Below are positions 53,662-62,601 of a DNA stretch of 64,000 nucleotides, piece after piece. A program made the position numbers and the translations under genes. Source of the DNA: an uncultured Armatimonadetes bacterium (GTDB taxonomy: Bacteria > Armatimonadota > UBA5829 > DTJY01); the NCBI GenBank assembly GCA_963717145.1, contig OY970325.1:3104001-3168000 (forward strand), read 5' to 3'. The notes under the pieces were generated by a model. It saw only the letters and a program-made list of their open reading frames with translations. It was not told the DNA's origin and made no database searches. Each line of letters opens with the position of its first letter. The first letter of the stretch is position 1.

Positions 53662-54272
53662 CAAATTCGAAATTCGAACTACGAAATCCGAAACAATGAA
53701 GCAAAAAGCAAATCAGAAACCAAACCTTACCTTGCCAAAGCTGTTCAACTTTCGCCCTGGACTTTTCGCATGATTGCGCCGAAGATGTTCATCAGCTCGG
53801 TGGCCTCCTGCACGAACTTGCCTCTGTCTTTCTCGATATCGGGACTGCCTTGCGTTTCAATCAATCCCAGCCAGTAGCGGCACTCCTTAGCTTCCTTGCG
53901 ACAGATCTTGATTCGCATCAGGAAGTCCTTCTTGCTCAGCCCATCATTTGCCTCGATGTAGTTCGCGCCAACTGACCCGGATGCTCTGACAAGCTGCTTT
54001 GAGTCTTCGGTGTTGGCCAGAGTCTTCGGAAGCGCTCTGATGAACGTCCGTACGTCCTTAGCGAACAGGAAAGTCCTATCCTCAAGATCATACCGCTTTC
54101 CACCCTGTCCCTCGGTCATGCGCCACTCCTCGGACATCGGCTTTGGTGCTTCGAATTTCAGGTTTGCCTTACTGTTTCGAATTTCGAGTTTCGGATTTGG
54201 CTCTTGGTTTCGTGCTTCGGATTTCGAATTTGCCTTATTGTTTCGAATTTCGAGTTTCGGATTTCGAATTTG
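53662..54272. mobile_element. Putative four-helix-bundle cassette bounded by 36-bp (TCGAAAT)n inverted repeats
   Basis: Left CAAATTCGAAATTCGAACTACGAAATCCGAAACAAT (53662-53697); right ATTGTTTCGAATTTCGAGTTTCGGATTTCGAATTTG (54237-54272); extra units at 54150-54232. Confidence 0.65.
53745..54119 (-). CDS. Four helix bundle protein (23S rRNA IVP / Avd-like family)
   Basis: DLEDRTFLFA...QLVRASGSVGANYIEA...SKKDFLMRIKICRKEAKECRYWL...EATELMNIF; GAGGAG RBS. Confidence 0.92.
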   Translation of the reverse strand: MTEGQGGKRYDLEDRTFLFAKDVRTFIRALPKTLANTEDSKQLVRASGSVGANYIEANDGLSKKDFLMRIKICRKEAKECRYWLGLIETQGSPDIEKDRGKFVQEATELMNIFGAIMRKVQGES

Positions 54273-55845
54273 ACAACACCGAGTCCTTTGGGGTCTCGTT
54301 CAACTCCGGATAATCAAGATTGTAGTTTAGGCCGCGGCTCTCCTTGCGGGAGATCGCCGATTCGATGATCAGTGAGGCGGTGGTGACCATGTTCCGCAGC
54401 TCGAGCAGTTCACTGGTGAGCCGGCCCGTTGCGTACAGCTTCTCGACCCGGCATCCCAGTTCGCGGATTTCGTCTTTCGCCTTCTGAAGTCGCTCGTTCG
54501 TGCGCACGATCCCGACATACCGCCACATCGTTCGCTGAATCTCAGCCTTGAGGCCGTCGACGACATCGGGATCGATCTCCACGGTGTGCGCGGCTTTCTG
54601 GAAGTCGGGAATCTCCTCATCACCACCGACCGACGCGTATTGCATCGAGTCGCTGACCGCCCTGTGCGCAAAGACAACCGCCTCCAGTAGCGAGTTCGAT
54701 GCGAGCCGATTCGCGCCGTGGACTCCGGTGCAGGCGACTTCTCCACACGCGTAGAGCCGCTCGATCGAGGTCCGCGCGTTCACGTCGGTCAGCACGCCGC
54801 CGCAACTGTAGTGCGCCGCCGGGACGATCGGAATCTGCTCCGTGGTGATATCTATGCCCACCGAGAGGCACTTCTGGTGGATGGTCGGGAAGCGCTTCCT
54901 GATGTGCTCGGGGTCGAGATGAGTCACGTCCAGGAAGACGCACTCGTCGCCGCTCTTCTTCAACTCGGCGTCGATCGCGCGGGCGACGATATCCCTCGGC
55001 GCGAGGCAGCCCATCTCGTGGTAGTTCTCCATGAACGTGCTGCCGTCTTTGAGCCGGAGGATGCCGCCCTCTCCTCGGACTGCCTCTGAGATGAGGAACG
55101 ACCGCGCATCCGGGTGGTGGAGCGAGGTCGGATGGAACTGGATGAACTCCATGTTGGCGATGTCCGCGCCCGCTCGGAACGCCATCGCCACGCCGTCGCC
55201 GGTCGCGATCTCGGGGTTCGTGGTGTGGAGGTAGACCTGACCCGCGCCGCCGGTCGCGAGCATCGTAACTCTCGCGCGGAAAGTGGTGACTTCCTCGGTC
55301 TCGGTGTCGAGCACGTATGCCCCATAGCAGACCAGGCCATCCTCACTCGGTCTGGTGATCAGATCGATCGCATACTCGTGCTCGAAGACGCGGATGTTCT
55401 CCTGATGCTTGCACTGAACGATCAACGCGCGCTCGATCTCGTGACCGGTGAGGTCGGCGGAATGGAGGATGCGCCTCATGGAGTGTCCGCCCTCGCGGCC
55501 GAGCGCGAACTGGGTCTCGCCGGTGGGCGTCTTCTCCCTGCTGAACTTCACGCCGAACTCGACCAGTTCGCGGATTCGGTCGGGCCCTTCCTTGACGAGA
55601 ATCTCGACCGCCTCCTCGCAGCAGAGGCCTGCCCCCGCCACGAGTGTGTCGCGGATATGAAGATCGAACTTATCATCCGGGCTGGTGACTCCCGCGATCC
55701 CACCCTGGGCGTAGTTCGTATTCGATTCGGTATCGCTCTTTTTCGTGACGAGTGCGACCCTGCCGAGCTTCGACACCTTGAGCGCGAAACTCAGGCCTGC
55801 AATGCCGCTCCCGAGAACGAGATAATCTACATCGATAACTGCCAT
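54235..55845 (-). CDS. nadB: L-aspartate oxidase
   Basis: GSGIAGL, NTNYAQGGI, REGGHS, QFHPT, LISEAVRGEG, LAPRDIVARAI, AAHYSCGG, HGANRLASNSLLE, ESRG. Confidence 0.96.
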   Translation of the reverse strand: MAVIDVDYLVLGSGIAGLSFALKVSKLGRVALVTKKSDTESNTNYAQGGIAGVTSPDDKFDLHIRDTLVAGAGLCCEEAVEILVKEGPDRIRELVEFGVKFSREKTPTGETQFALGREGGHSMRRILHSADLTGHEIERALIVQCKHQENIRVFEHEYAIDLITRPSEDGLVCYGAYVLDTETEEVTTFRARVTMLATGGAGQVYLHTTNPEIATGDGVAMAFRAGADIANMEFIQFHPTSLHHPDARSFLISEAVRGEGGILRLKDGSTFMENYHEMGCLAPRDIVARAIDAELKKSGDECVFLDVTHLDPEHIRKRFPTIHQKCLSVGIDITTEQIPIVPAAHYSCGGVLTDVNARTSIERLYACGEVACTGVHGANRLASNSLLEAVVFAHRAVSDSMQYASVGGDEEIPDFQKAAHTVEIDPDVVDGLKAEIQRTMWRYVGIVRTNERLQKAKDEIRELGCRVEKLYATGRLTSELLELRNMVTTASLIIESAISRKESRGLNYNLDYPELNETPKDSVLSNSKSETRNSKQ

Positions 55846-56228
55846 GAAAGCTTCTCTTTTCATTGCCGCCGGAAGCGCATTCCCGGCCGCGTCTGTCTTC
55901 GCTTTTTCCGTAGCAATTATCTCACTTCATGGCAGTCTGAGTCAACACGTCGCGTTGTGTCGGGTGCATTTCCGCAGAGTGGGTGCGCCTCTCGATATGC
56001 CGCCAGAGCGGCTACTCGAGGAGATCGGTGTTTGGGTTACCGGGGGAAACCAACCGTCTAGTGTCGAGTAGGTTTCTCTGGAAACCATATCGAGACACGG
56101 TGGCATTGCCACCCACTGAACTCGAATGCACCCCGTTGTGTCTTGGGGCGGTTGCTTGTTTCCGGCTCACCAGCATGATATACTCTCATGTCTCCACTGA
56201 ATCTGCAAGCAGCGTCGAGGTGCAACCT

Positions 56229-58007
56229 ATGAGTTCTACGCTTTTCAAGAAGATTGACTATTCCCTTTCCAAACTGCTGCTCGACATAGAACAAGGAGAG
56301 ATAGGGCTGCCTGACATCCAGCGGCCGTTTGTGTGGGACGCGGCAAAGGTCAGAGACCTATTTGACTCCATGTACAAAGGCTTTCCCGTGGGTTACCTTC
56401 TCTTCTGGTCGAACGACCACATGGATAGGACACGGCACATCGGAGCTACTGACAAGCAGAACCAGATACCGAGATTGCTCATCGTCGACGGCCAACAGCG
56501 CTTGACTTCGCTATATGCAGTCCTCAACGGAAGACCTGTGGTGACCAAGGATTACGCTGTGAGCCATATCAGGATAGCCTTCAGGCCTAGGGATGCGCAG
56601 TTCGAGGTGACGGACGCCGCGGTGGTCCGCGACCCGGAGTTCATCCCTGACATAAGCAAGTTGTGGTCCACCGAGATGTCGCGCAACCGCTTTGTCAAAG
56701 ATTTCATCGCCAGACTGCGGCAGAGCCGAGAGGTTTCGGAGGACGAGGAGGACCATCTTTCCGAGAGCGTCGACAGGCTGTATGACGTGCAGAACTATCC
56801 TTTCACTGCAATGGAGATATCTTCGACTGTTGGCGAGGAACAGGTCTCTGACATCTTCGTCCGCGTGAACAGCAAAGGAGTGACGCTAAAGCAGGCTGAC
56901 TTCATACTTACCTTGCTGTCGGTGTTTTGGGATGAGGGAAGGGCACAGCTGGAGCTCTTCTGCCGCGACTGCCGACAGCCAGTGCCTGCTGGTGGAGCGG
57001 CATCAGCTTTCAACTATTTCATGCAGCCGGACGCTGACCACTTGCTTCGAGTCTGTGTTGGGCTTGGCTTCAAACGTGCTCGTCTGCAACACGTCTATTC
57101 GATACTTCGGGGAAAGGACCTGGAAACGGGTGAGTTCTCAGATGCGCGTCGTGAAGAGCAGTTTGAAGTATTGAAGGCGGCTCAGGCACAGGCGCTCAGT
57201 CTGACGAACTGGCACCAGTTCCACAAGGTACTTATCCGGGCAGGTTTTCGCAGCAAGAGCATGATCACGTCGGAGACTGCTCTCCTATACTCCTACGTCA
57301 TGTTTCTTATCGGCAGATGCGTGTACGAAGTGGATCCGTACGAGTTGCGGGATGTGATGGCTCGATGGTTCTTCGTAACTGCCCTAACTGGTAGATACAC
57401 CGGCTCTCCGGAGACTGTGATGGAGTCCGACCTCGTACGGCTCAGGGGGGTGACAACTGGCGCAGGCTTCCTGTCCACGCTGAACCAGACAATGGCGACT
57501 ACGCTCACGGACGACTACTGGAGCATCACTCTGGTCAATGAACTCGAGACCGCTTCCGCACGTACGCCGCTCTGGTTTGCCTATCTGGCGGCGCTGAACC
57601 TTCTCGATGCGAAGGTTCTTTTCTCGAAGATGAGAGTATCTGAGTTGCTTGATCCTGCGCTGAGGACAGTAAAGTCATCTACAGAGCGGCACCACTTGTT
57701 CCCAAAGGATCATCTCAGCAAACAGGGCATCACCGAAGTCCGGGAGACCAACCAGTTGGCGAACTATGCCCTCGTCGAGTGGGACGACAATATCGCCATT
57801 TCCGGGTCGCCACCCAGTTCGTACTTCCCCCTATACGCCGCCAGATGTGGCCCGGTTGAGTTGCGCGATATGATGATGCACCATGCGCTGCCACAGGGAT
57901 GGGAGTCAATGGATTATTGGGGATTCCTGGAAGAGCGAAGACGTCTGATCGCTCGGGTTGTCCGGCAAGGCTACATAGCGTTGTCTGAATCTGTCTCCGG
58001 AGAGTAG
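56229..58007 (+). CDS. GmrSD-like restriction endonuclease (DUF262 plus C-terminal HNH-like DUF1524)
   Basis: LPDIQRPFVW, DGQQRLTS, IFVRVNS, ERHHLFPK...NQLANY. Confidence 0.85.
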   Translation: MSSTLFKKIDYSLSKLLLDIEQGEIGLPDIQRPFVWDAAKVRDLFDSMYKGFPVGYLLFWSNDHMDRTRHIGATDKQNQIPRLLIVDGQQRLTSLYAVLNGRPVVTKDYAVSHIRIAFRPRDAQFEVTDAAVVRDPEFIPDISKLWSTEMSRNRFVKDFIARLRQSREVSEDEEDHLSESVDRLYDVQNYPFTAMEISSTVGEEQVSDIFVRVNSKGVTLKQADFILTLLSVFWDEGRAQLELFCRDCRQPVPAGGAASAFNYFMQPDADHLLRVCVGLGFKRARLQHVYSILRGKDLETGEFSDARREEQFEVLKAAQAQALSLTNWHQFHKVLIRAGFRSKSMITSETALLYSYVMFLIGRCVYEVDPYELRDVMARWFFVTALTGRYTGSPETVMESDLVRLRGVTTGAGFLSTLNQTMATTLTDDYWSITLVNELETASARTPLWFAYLAALNLLDAKVLFSKMRVSELLDPALRTVKSSTERHHLFPKDHLSKQGITEVRETNQLANYALVEWDDNIAISGSPPSSYFPLYAARCGPVELRDMMMHHALPQGWESMDYWGFLEERRRLIARVVRQGYIALSESVSGE

Positions 58008-58037
58008 CCGTGCCGAGGGGTGAGATCGCTGGCATTC

Positions 58038-58958
58038 CTAGACGTACCGCAGTTCGGCGAGGATGCGGTCCGCGCCGGCGGAGAGGAGGATATCGGCCAG
58101 TTCGAGGCCGAGTTCCTCGGGCTGATCGGGAGGACCGATCACCTTGCCACGGACGACTTGAGAGCCGTCGAGGCTTGCGACCACTCCGTCGAGGACCAGC
58201 ATGCCGTCCTCCATCCGGGCGAGCGCCCCGATCGGGACCTGGCAGCCTCCTTCGAGGACCTTCATGAGCGACCGCTCGGCTCGAACGGCCAGGTGTGTCT
58301 CAGGGTGATCGAGGACTCGGAGGAGCGCGAGCGTCTCGGCATCGTCGCTGCGCGCCTGGATCGCCAGCGCGCCTTGACCAACCGCTGGGAGCGATATCTC
58401 GGGCGGGAGCTTCTCGGTGATCCGGTCAGACCAGCCCATGCGGTTCAGCCCGGCGCACGCGAGGATGATCGCGTCGTACTCGCCCTCATCGAGCTTTCGA
58501 AGGCGCGTGTCGAGGTTGCCCCGGACATCCAGTATTTCCAAATCGGCTCGGTAGTTGTGGAGTTGAGCCCGTCTTCGCAGGCTGCTGCTCCCGATCCGTG
58601 CGCCGGTGGGCAGATCGGCGAGTCCCAGCCCGTTCGAAATCAATGCGTCGCTCGGATCCTGGCGCTCCGGGACCGCCGCGATGCAGAGGCCGTCCGCCAT
58701 CTCGGTCGGGACGTCTTTCATGCTGTGGACGACGAAATCGACCTCGCGAGCCAGGAGCGCCTGCTCGAGCTCCTTGACGAAGAGGCCTTTGTCGCCGATC
58801 TTGGCGAGCGGGACATCGAGGATCTTATCGCCCTTCGTCTTGATGATCTGCACCTCGACTTCGAGGCCCGCATGCGCATGCCTCAGGCACTCCACTATCT
58901 GATTCGACTGTGTGAGAGCAAGCGCGCTCCCCCGCGTCCCGACTGTCAGTTTGCGCAT
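58038..58958 (-). CDS. hemC: Hydroxymethylbilane synthase (porphobilinogen deaminase)
   Basis: GTRGSALAL, KGLFVKELE, VHSMKDVP, SSLRRRAQ, RGNLDTRL, GQGALA, GGCQVP. Confidence 0.97.
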   Translation of the reverse strand: MRKLTVGTRGSALALTQSNQIVECLRHAHAGLEVEVQIIKTKGDKILDVPLAKIGDKGLFVKELEQALLAREVDFVVHSMKDVPTEMADGLCIAAVPERQDPSDALISNGLGLADLPTGARIGSSSLRRRAQLHNYRADLEILDVRGNLDTRLRKLDEGEYDAIILACAGLNRMGWSDRITEKLPPEISLPAVGQGALAIQARSDDAETLALLRVLDHPETHLAVRAERSLMKVLEGGCQVPIGALARMEDGMLVLDGVVASLDGSQVVRGKVIGPPDQPEELGLELADILLSAGADRILAELRYV

Positions 58959-58965
58959 CCGATGC

Positions 58966-60438
58966 CTACCTCTTGTCTGTCTCGTGCGGGACGACGTCGC
59001 AGGTCTCCTGATAGAAGGTCAGCATCCGTTCCTTCAGCTTGGCCAATTCTGTTGAGAGCGACGGATCGTCGATCTTGTTGTGGAGTTCCTGCGGATCCTT
59101 GCGCAGGTCATACAACTCGTCCGATTCGTAGAGCCTGCGGACGTACTTGAAATCCTTCATGCGACACATAGTCGCCTTGGTGTGCTCCGGCCCCTCGCTC
59201 TGCTGCAGGTTCACGCGCGGCCAATAAAGCCCCGTCGGCACCTGGGAGCTTGAACTCTCAAGCTCCATGCAATGCCGCTCGCCATGGAGCCGTCCGCCCT
59301 CGCAGAATACCGCGTCCCGATGCTCGTCGGTCTCCCCGGCGATCAGCGGCAGGAGCGACTTGCCGAAATGCGTGTGCTTCGGCTCGATCCCGGTGAGCGC
59401 CTCGACCGTCGCCGGGAAGTCGATCAGTTCGACGAGGGCATCGCTGACACGGGGCTTCACCTTGACCCCCGCGGGCGGCTTCACGATAAATGGCACGCGT
59501 GAGAGGCAGTCCTCGAACGTGTTCTGGTTCTTCTCGACGAGGCCATAATCGCCGGTGAAGTCGCCGTGATCGCTGAACATGAAGACCGCCGTGTCGTCAT
59601 AGATGCCGGCGTCCTTGAGCGCGTCCATGACCATCCCGAACTGGTGATCGACGCGGGCGCACATGCCGTAGTACGTCGCCCGGAGTTCCGTCCATCGGTC
59701 CTCAGTCCAGGTGTCGAGGTTCTGGCGCTCGTAGATGCCTCTGACCATGCTCGGCTTCCCTTCCCATCCTTTGGGAGTCGGCGCGCGTTTGGGCAGCTTG
59801 CTCCGGTCGATCATGCTGAACCAGGGCTCCTCCACCCCATACGGGCAGTGCGGATATCCGAGTGAGAGGAAGATGCAGAGCGGCTGATCCTCGGGTCGAT
59901 TGCGGATGAAGTCGACCGCGCCCAGGACGTTCGCCCAGTCGTTGTCGTAGTATGTCCCCTCACCGGGAGTGTCGAGCTTGCCGACGTAGAACGAGTAGTA
60001 GGTGTCGCTCCCAGGCTCTCCGCGCCATTCCTTCTGGCGATCGAGGCCTCGCCCGGCCTGTACGGGTCGAGTCGGCCTGTACTTGAGCGTGCGGTACGGG
60101 TCGATCGGGAGCTGGCCCGGCACGAGGTCGTTCTTTCCGCCCCACCAGACGAAGTACCCGGCGTCCTTGAGCGTCTTGAGCAGGACCGGCTCGTCCGCGT
60201 GCATCATGTGGTACATCGTGCGGTGGCCTCTGACGTGAGGGTACCAGCCGCTCATGAATGAGCACCGACTCGGCGTGCAGACGGGGTTCTGGCAGAAGGC
60301 GTTCCGGAACGAGACGGCGTCGCTCTTGACGATCTCATCGAGGTTCGGGGTGACCGCCCCGGGATTGCCCACGTGCCCGAGTACGTCGCCCCTCCACTCG
60401 TCGGGGTTGAAAATGATGATATGAGGTTGCCCGGCCAT
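58966..60438 (-). CDS. Sulfatase-like hydrolase
   Basis: NPVCTPSRCSFMSG formylglycine motif; SDHGD; ELYDLRKDPQEL. Confidence 0.9.
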   Translation of the reverse strand: MAGQPHIIIFNPDEWRGDVLGHVGNPGAVTPNLDEIVKSDAVSFRNAFCQNPVCTPSRCSFMSGWYPHVRGHRTMYHMMHADEPVLLKTLKDAGYFVWWGGKNDLVPGQLPIDPYRTLKYRPTRPVQAGRGLDRQKEWRGEPGSDTYYSFYVGKLDTPGEGTYYDNDWANVLGAVDFIRNRPEDQPLCIFLSLGYPHCPYGVEEPWFSMIDRSKLPKRAPTPKGWEGKPSMVRGIYERQNLDTWTEDRWTELRATYYGMCARVDHQFGMVMDALKDAGIYDDTAVFMFSDHGDFTGDYGLVEKNQNTFEDCLSRVPFIVKPPAGVKVKPRVSDALVELIDFPATVEALTGIEPKHTHFGKSLLPLIAGETDEHRDAVFCEGGRLHGERHCMELESSSSQVPTGLYWPRVNLQQSEGPEHTKATMCRMKDFKYVRRLYESDELYDLRKDPQELHNKIDDPSLSTELAKLKERMLTFYQETCDVVPHETDKR

Positions 60439-60506
60439 AAGTGATCTCCTCGGCTTTGACGCTGCCGTTGACATGTTCGACGAGTAGCCCCCGAGAATCC
60501 TGCGGG

Positions 60507-61319
60507 CTACTCGTGCTCGTGGTTATGCGTCAACTCGTGCATGTGAGGATGGACGTGGACCTGGCCCTCGTGCCTGTGGGCATGAGCGTGGATGAGATTC
60601 ACCGAGAGAAGCAGATCGAGGTCCGCCAGCGCCGCCATCAGCGGTCCGTCGTACACGAGGCGGTGCTCCTCCGACAGGATCAGCGCCCGGTCCGCGACAT
60701 CGGCGGCAAAGCTCAGGTCGTGGGTGCAGGTGATGAACGTCATCCTGCCCTGATGGAGTGCGCCCAGATACTCGACGAGCCACTGCTGCGTCCGTGGATC
60801 GAGACCGGCGCTCGGCTCATCGAGAAGGATCACCTGTGGCCCGCACGTGAGCAGCCCGGCCAGCGCCACCTTCTTCTTCTCTCCTCCGCTCAGCATTCCC
60901 GGAGAGCGCCCCCGCAGCCCTTCGATTCCGAACAGCCGCAGGGTGTCCTCAAGCCGCCGCTCGACCTCCTTGATCGGCAGGCGGAGTTGCATCGGCCCGA
61001 ACGACAGCTCCTCCTCGACCGTGGAGCAGAACAATTGCGCGTCGGAATTCTGGAATAGCAGCCCGACTCTCTGCCGAAATTCCCGGGAGAACGGCGGCGT
61101 CTCGACCGTCTCCTCGGTGAGCGCCGTACCGAAGGCCTCGATCCGGCCCTCGGAGGCGAAGTAGAGGCCGTCGAGCAGGTGGAGCAGGGTCGATTTCCCA
61201 CTCGCGTTTGCGCCGAGGATCGCGATTCGTTCGCCCTCCCGGACTTCGAAGGTCATATCGGTCAGCGCCGGCTCCCCACCGGGATACAGGTAGCTGACTT
61301 TGTCGAGCGTGTAAACCAT
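60507..61319 (-). CDS. cbiO: ECF cobalt/nickel transporter ATPase
   Basis: GANASGKST, LSGGEKKK, LLDEP; His-rich C-terminus. Confidence 0.88.
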   Translation of the reverse strand: MVYTLDKVSYLYPGGEPALTDMTFEVREGERIAILGANASGKSTLLHLLDGLYFASEGRIEAFGTALTEETVETPPFSREFRQRVGLLFQNSDAQLFCSTVEEELSFGPMQLRLPIKEVERRLEDTLRLFGIEGLRGRSPGMLSGGEKKKVALAGLLTCGPQVILLDEPSAGLDPRTQQWLVEYLGALHQGRMTFITCTHDLSFAADVADRALILSEEHRLVYDGPLMAALADLDLLLSVNLIHAHAHRHEGQVHVHPHMHELTHNHEHE

Positions 61320-61335
61320 GCCACTCCTATCGACG

Positions 61336-61431
61336 GGCGACCGTTGAAGGATCGCCCCTACGGCTCCCACGGCGACCGTTGAAGGATCGCCCCTACGGCT
61401 CCCACGGCGACCGTTGAAGGGTCGCCCCTAC
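61336..61431. repeat. Three tandem 35-bp GTAG-type REP units (GTAGGGGCGAYCCTTCAACGGTCGCC) supplying the cbiQ stop
   Basis: GGCGACCGTTGAAGGRTCGCCCCTAC x3 with an identical linker. Confidence 0.85.
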
Positions 61432-62294
61432 GGCATCCGATCGAGGATCAGGAACGCGGCCACCGTCAGTATGGTCCCGGTGACCCAGATCACATCCCTG
61501 AGCCTCAGTCCGGGCACGGGAGCGATGCGGGTCTCACCGTCGAATCCGCGCGCCACCATCGCGTGATGCGTCTCCTGGGCGAGGCGGTACGTCCGGCGGA
61601 ACAGACTGCCGATCCCCGCCGCGACCCACCGCTGCTCCTGCCTTAGGGAACGCTCCGCGATCGTCCGGCTCAGTTTCGCCAGGTGGATCTCCTCCGCCGC
61701 TCGAAGCAGCACGGAGAGGTATCTCTGCATCATCGCGAGCACCATCCCGAACGCCCTGGGCATCCCGAGCCGTCGCAGCCCGTTCAGCAGCGCCGCTCGG
61801 TCGGTCGTCGCAACGAGCAGGAACGCCAGGGTGATACAGGTCGTCGACCGGAGCAGAAGCCGTGCGGCCACGATCAGTCCATTCCACGTAATGCTGACAG
61901 GCAGCGTCCACGGGCCGATCCGATCGAAGAGCGAAACGGCCGGCGCTCCCGGCGTGACGACGTTGAGCACCGCGGGCAGGGCGATCGCCAAGCTGAATAG
62001 CGGCACACCGAGCCACATTCGAGTGAGCCGTCCGAAGCTGATCCCGCTGATGAGGACGACCGAGGTCACGACGACGAACAATGCTGCGAGAGGAATCAGA
62101 CTGTGGAGCAGTGTGGCCGCCACGATCAGGATGACGAACCCAGCGATCTTCGCCCGAGGTTCGATGTGCGAGAACCGGGACTCAGTGGCACACTCGCCGG
62201 CCATCTCGCGGGCAAGGGCTTCCCCGAGACTCGCCAGCGCGCGCCTGACGGTGTTGCGCTTTCTATGACTCTTCTTCGCTCTCACGTCGTGCAA
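61428..62294 (-). CDS. cbiQ: ECF transporter T component
   Basis: IEPRAKI, multiple TM helices, MMQRY, AKLSR, AMVARGFDG. Confidence 0.88.
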   Translation of the reverse strand: MHDVRAKKSHRKRNTVRRALASLGEALAREMAGECATESRFSHIEPRAKIAGFVILIVAATLLHSLIPLAALFVVVTSVVLISGISFGRLTRMWLGVPLFSLAIALPAVLNVVTPGAPAVSLFDRIGPWTLPVSITWNGLIVAARLLLRSTTCITLAFLLVATTDRAALLNGLRRLGMPRAFGMVLAMMQRYLSVLLRAAEEIHLAKLSRTIAERSLRQEQRWVAAGIGSLFRRTYRLAQETHHAMVARGFDGETRIAPVPGLRLRDVIWVTGTILTVAAFLILDRMP

Positions 62295-62601
62295 GTATCC
62301 TGCCCAGAAGCAAAGTCAGCGCGACCACAATGACCACGCCGATCACCGCGGACAGTATATAGGAGACGCTGAGTGTGTGCAACGGGGCGCTCTCCTGTCC
62401 TTTGAGGGCGTAGTCGGGCATCGGAGCGTGCCAGAGATCGGCAATGCGGCCCAGCCCGCCCGGCACGTGGCCGACCATCTTGTCGAGTTCATCCGCGCTC
62501 CACTCGCCCCACGCCGATCCCGCGCCGAACCTCGCCGGTATGATCAGTCCCAGCGGGGAGAGGATGATGAGCGCGCCTAACGCGATCCAGAGCTTCTTCA
62601 T
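62263..62601 (-). CDS. PDGLE/CbiN-like accessory membrane protein
   Basis: LSPLGL...AWGEW...APMPDY motif. Confidence 0.8.
   Translation of the reverse strand: MKKLWIALGALIILSPLGLIIPARFGAGSAWGEWSADELDKMVGHVPGGLGRIADLWHAPMPDYALKGQESAPLHTLSVSYILSAVIGVVIVVALTLLLGRILARRESEEES

Noticed and set aside
53745-54119. Diversity-generating retroelement suggested by the Avd-like gene
   Set aside because: No reverse transcriptase and no TR/VR pair differing at adenines was seen in the window.
55860-56090. Possible NAD+ or c-di-AMP riboswitch between nadB and the GmrSD-like gene
   Set aside because: Only isolated hairpins and a GGGGGAAACC fragment; the consensus elements were not recognisable.
61336-61431. 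Possible mini-CRISPR (3 repeats)
   Set aside because: Linkers are identical 9-nt sequences; units are GTAG-type REP hairpins.
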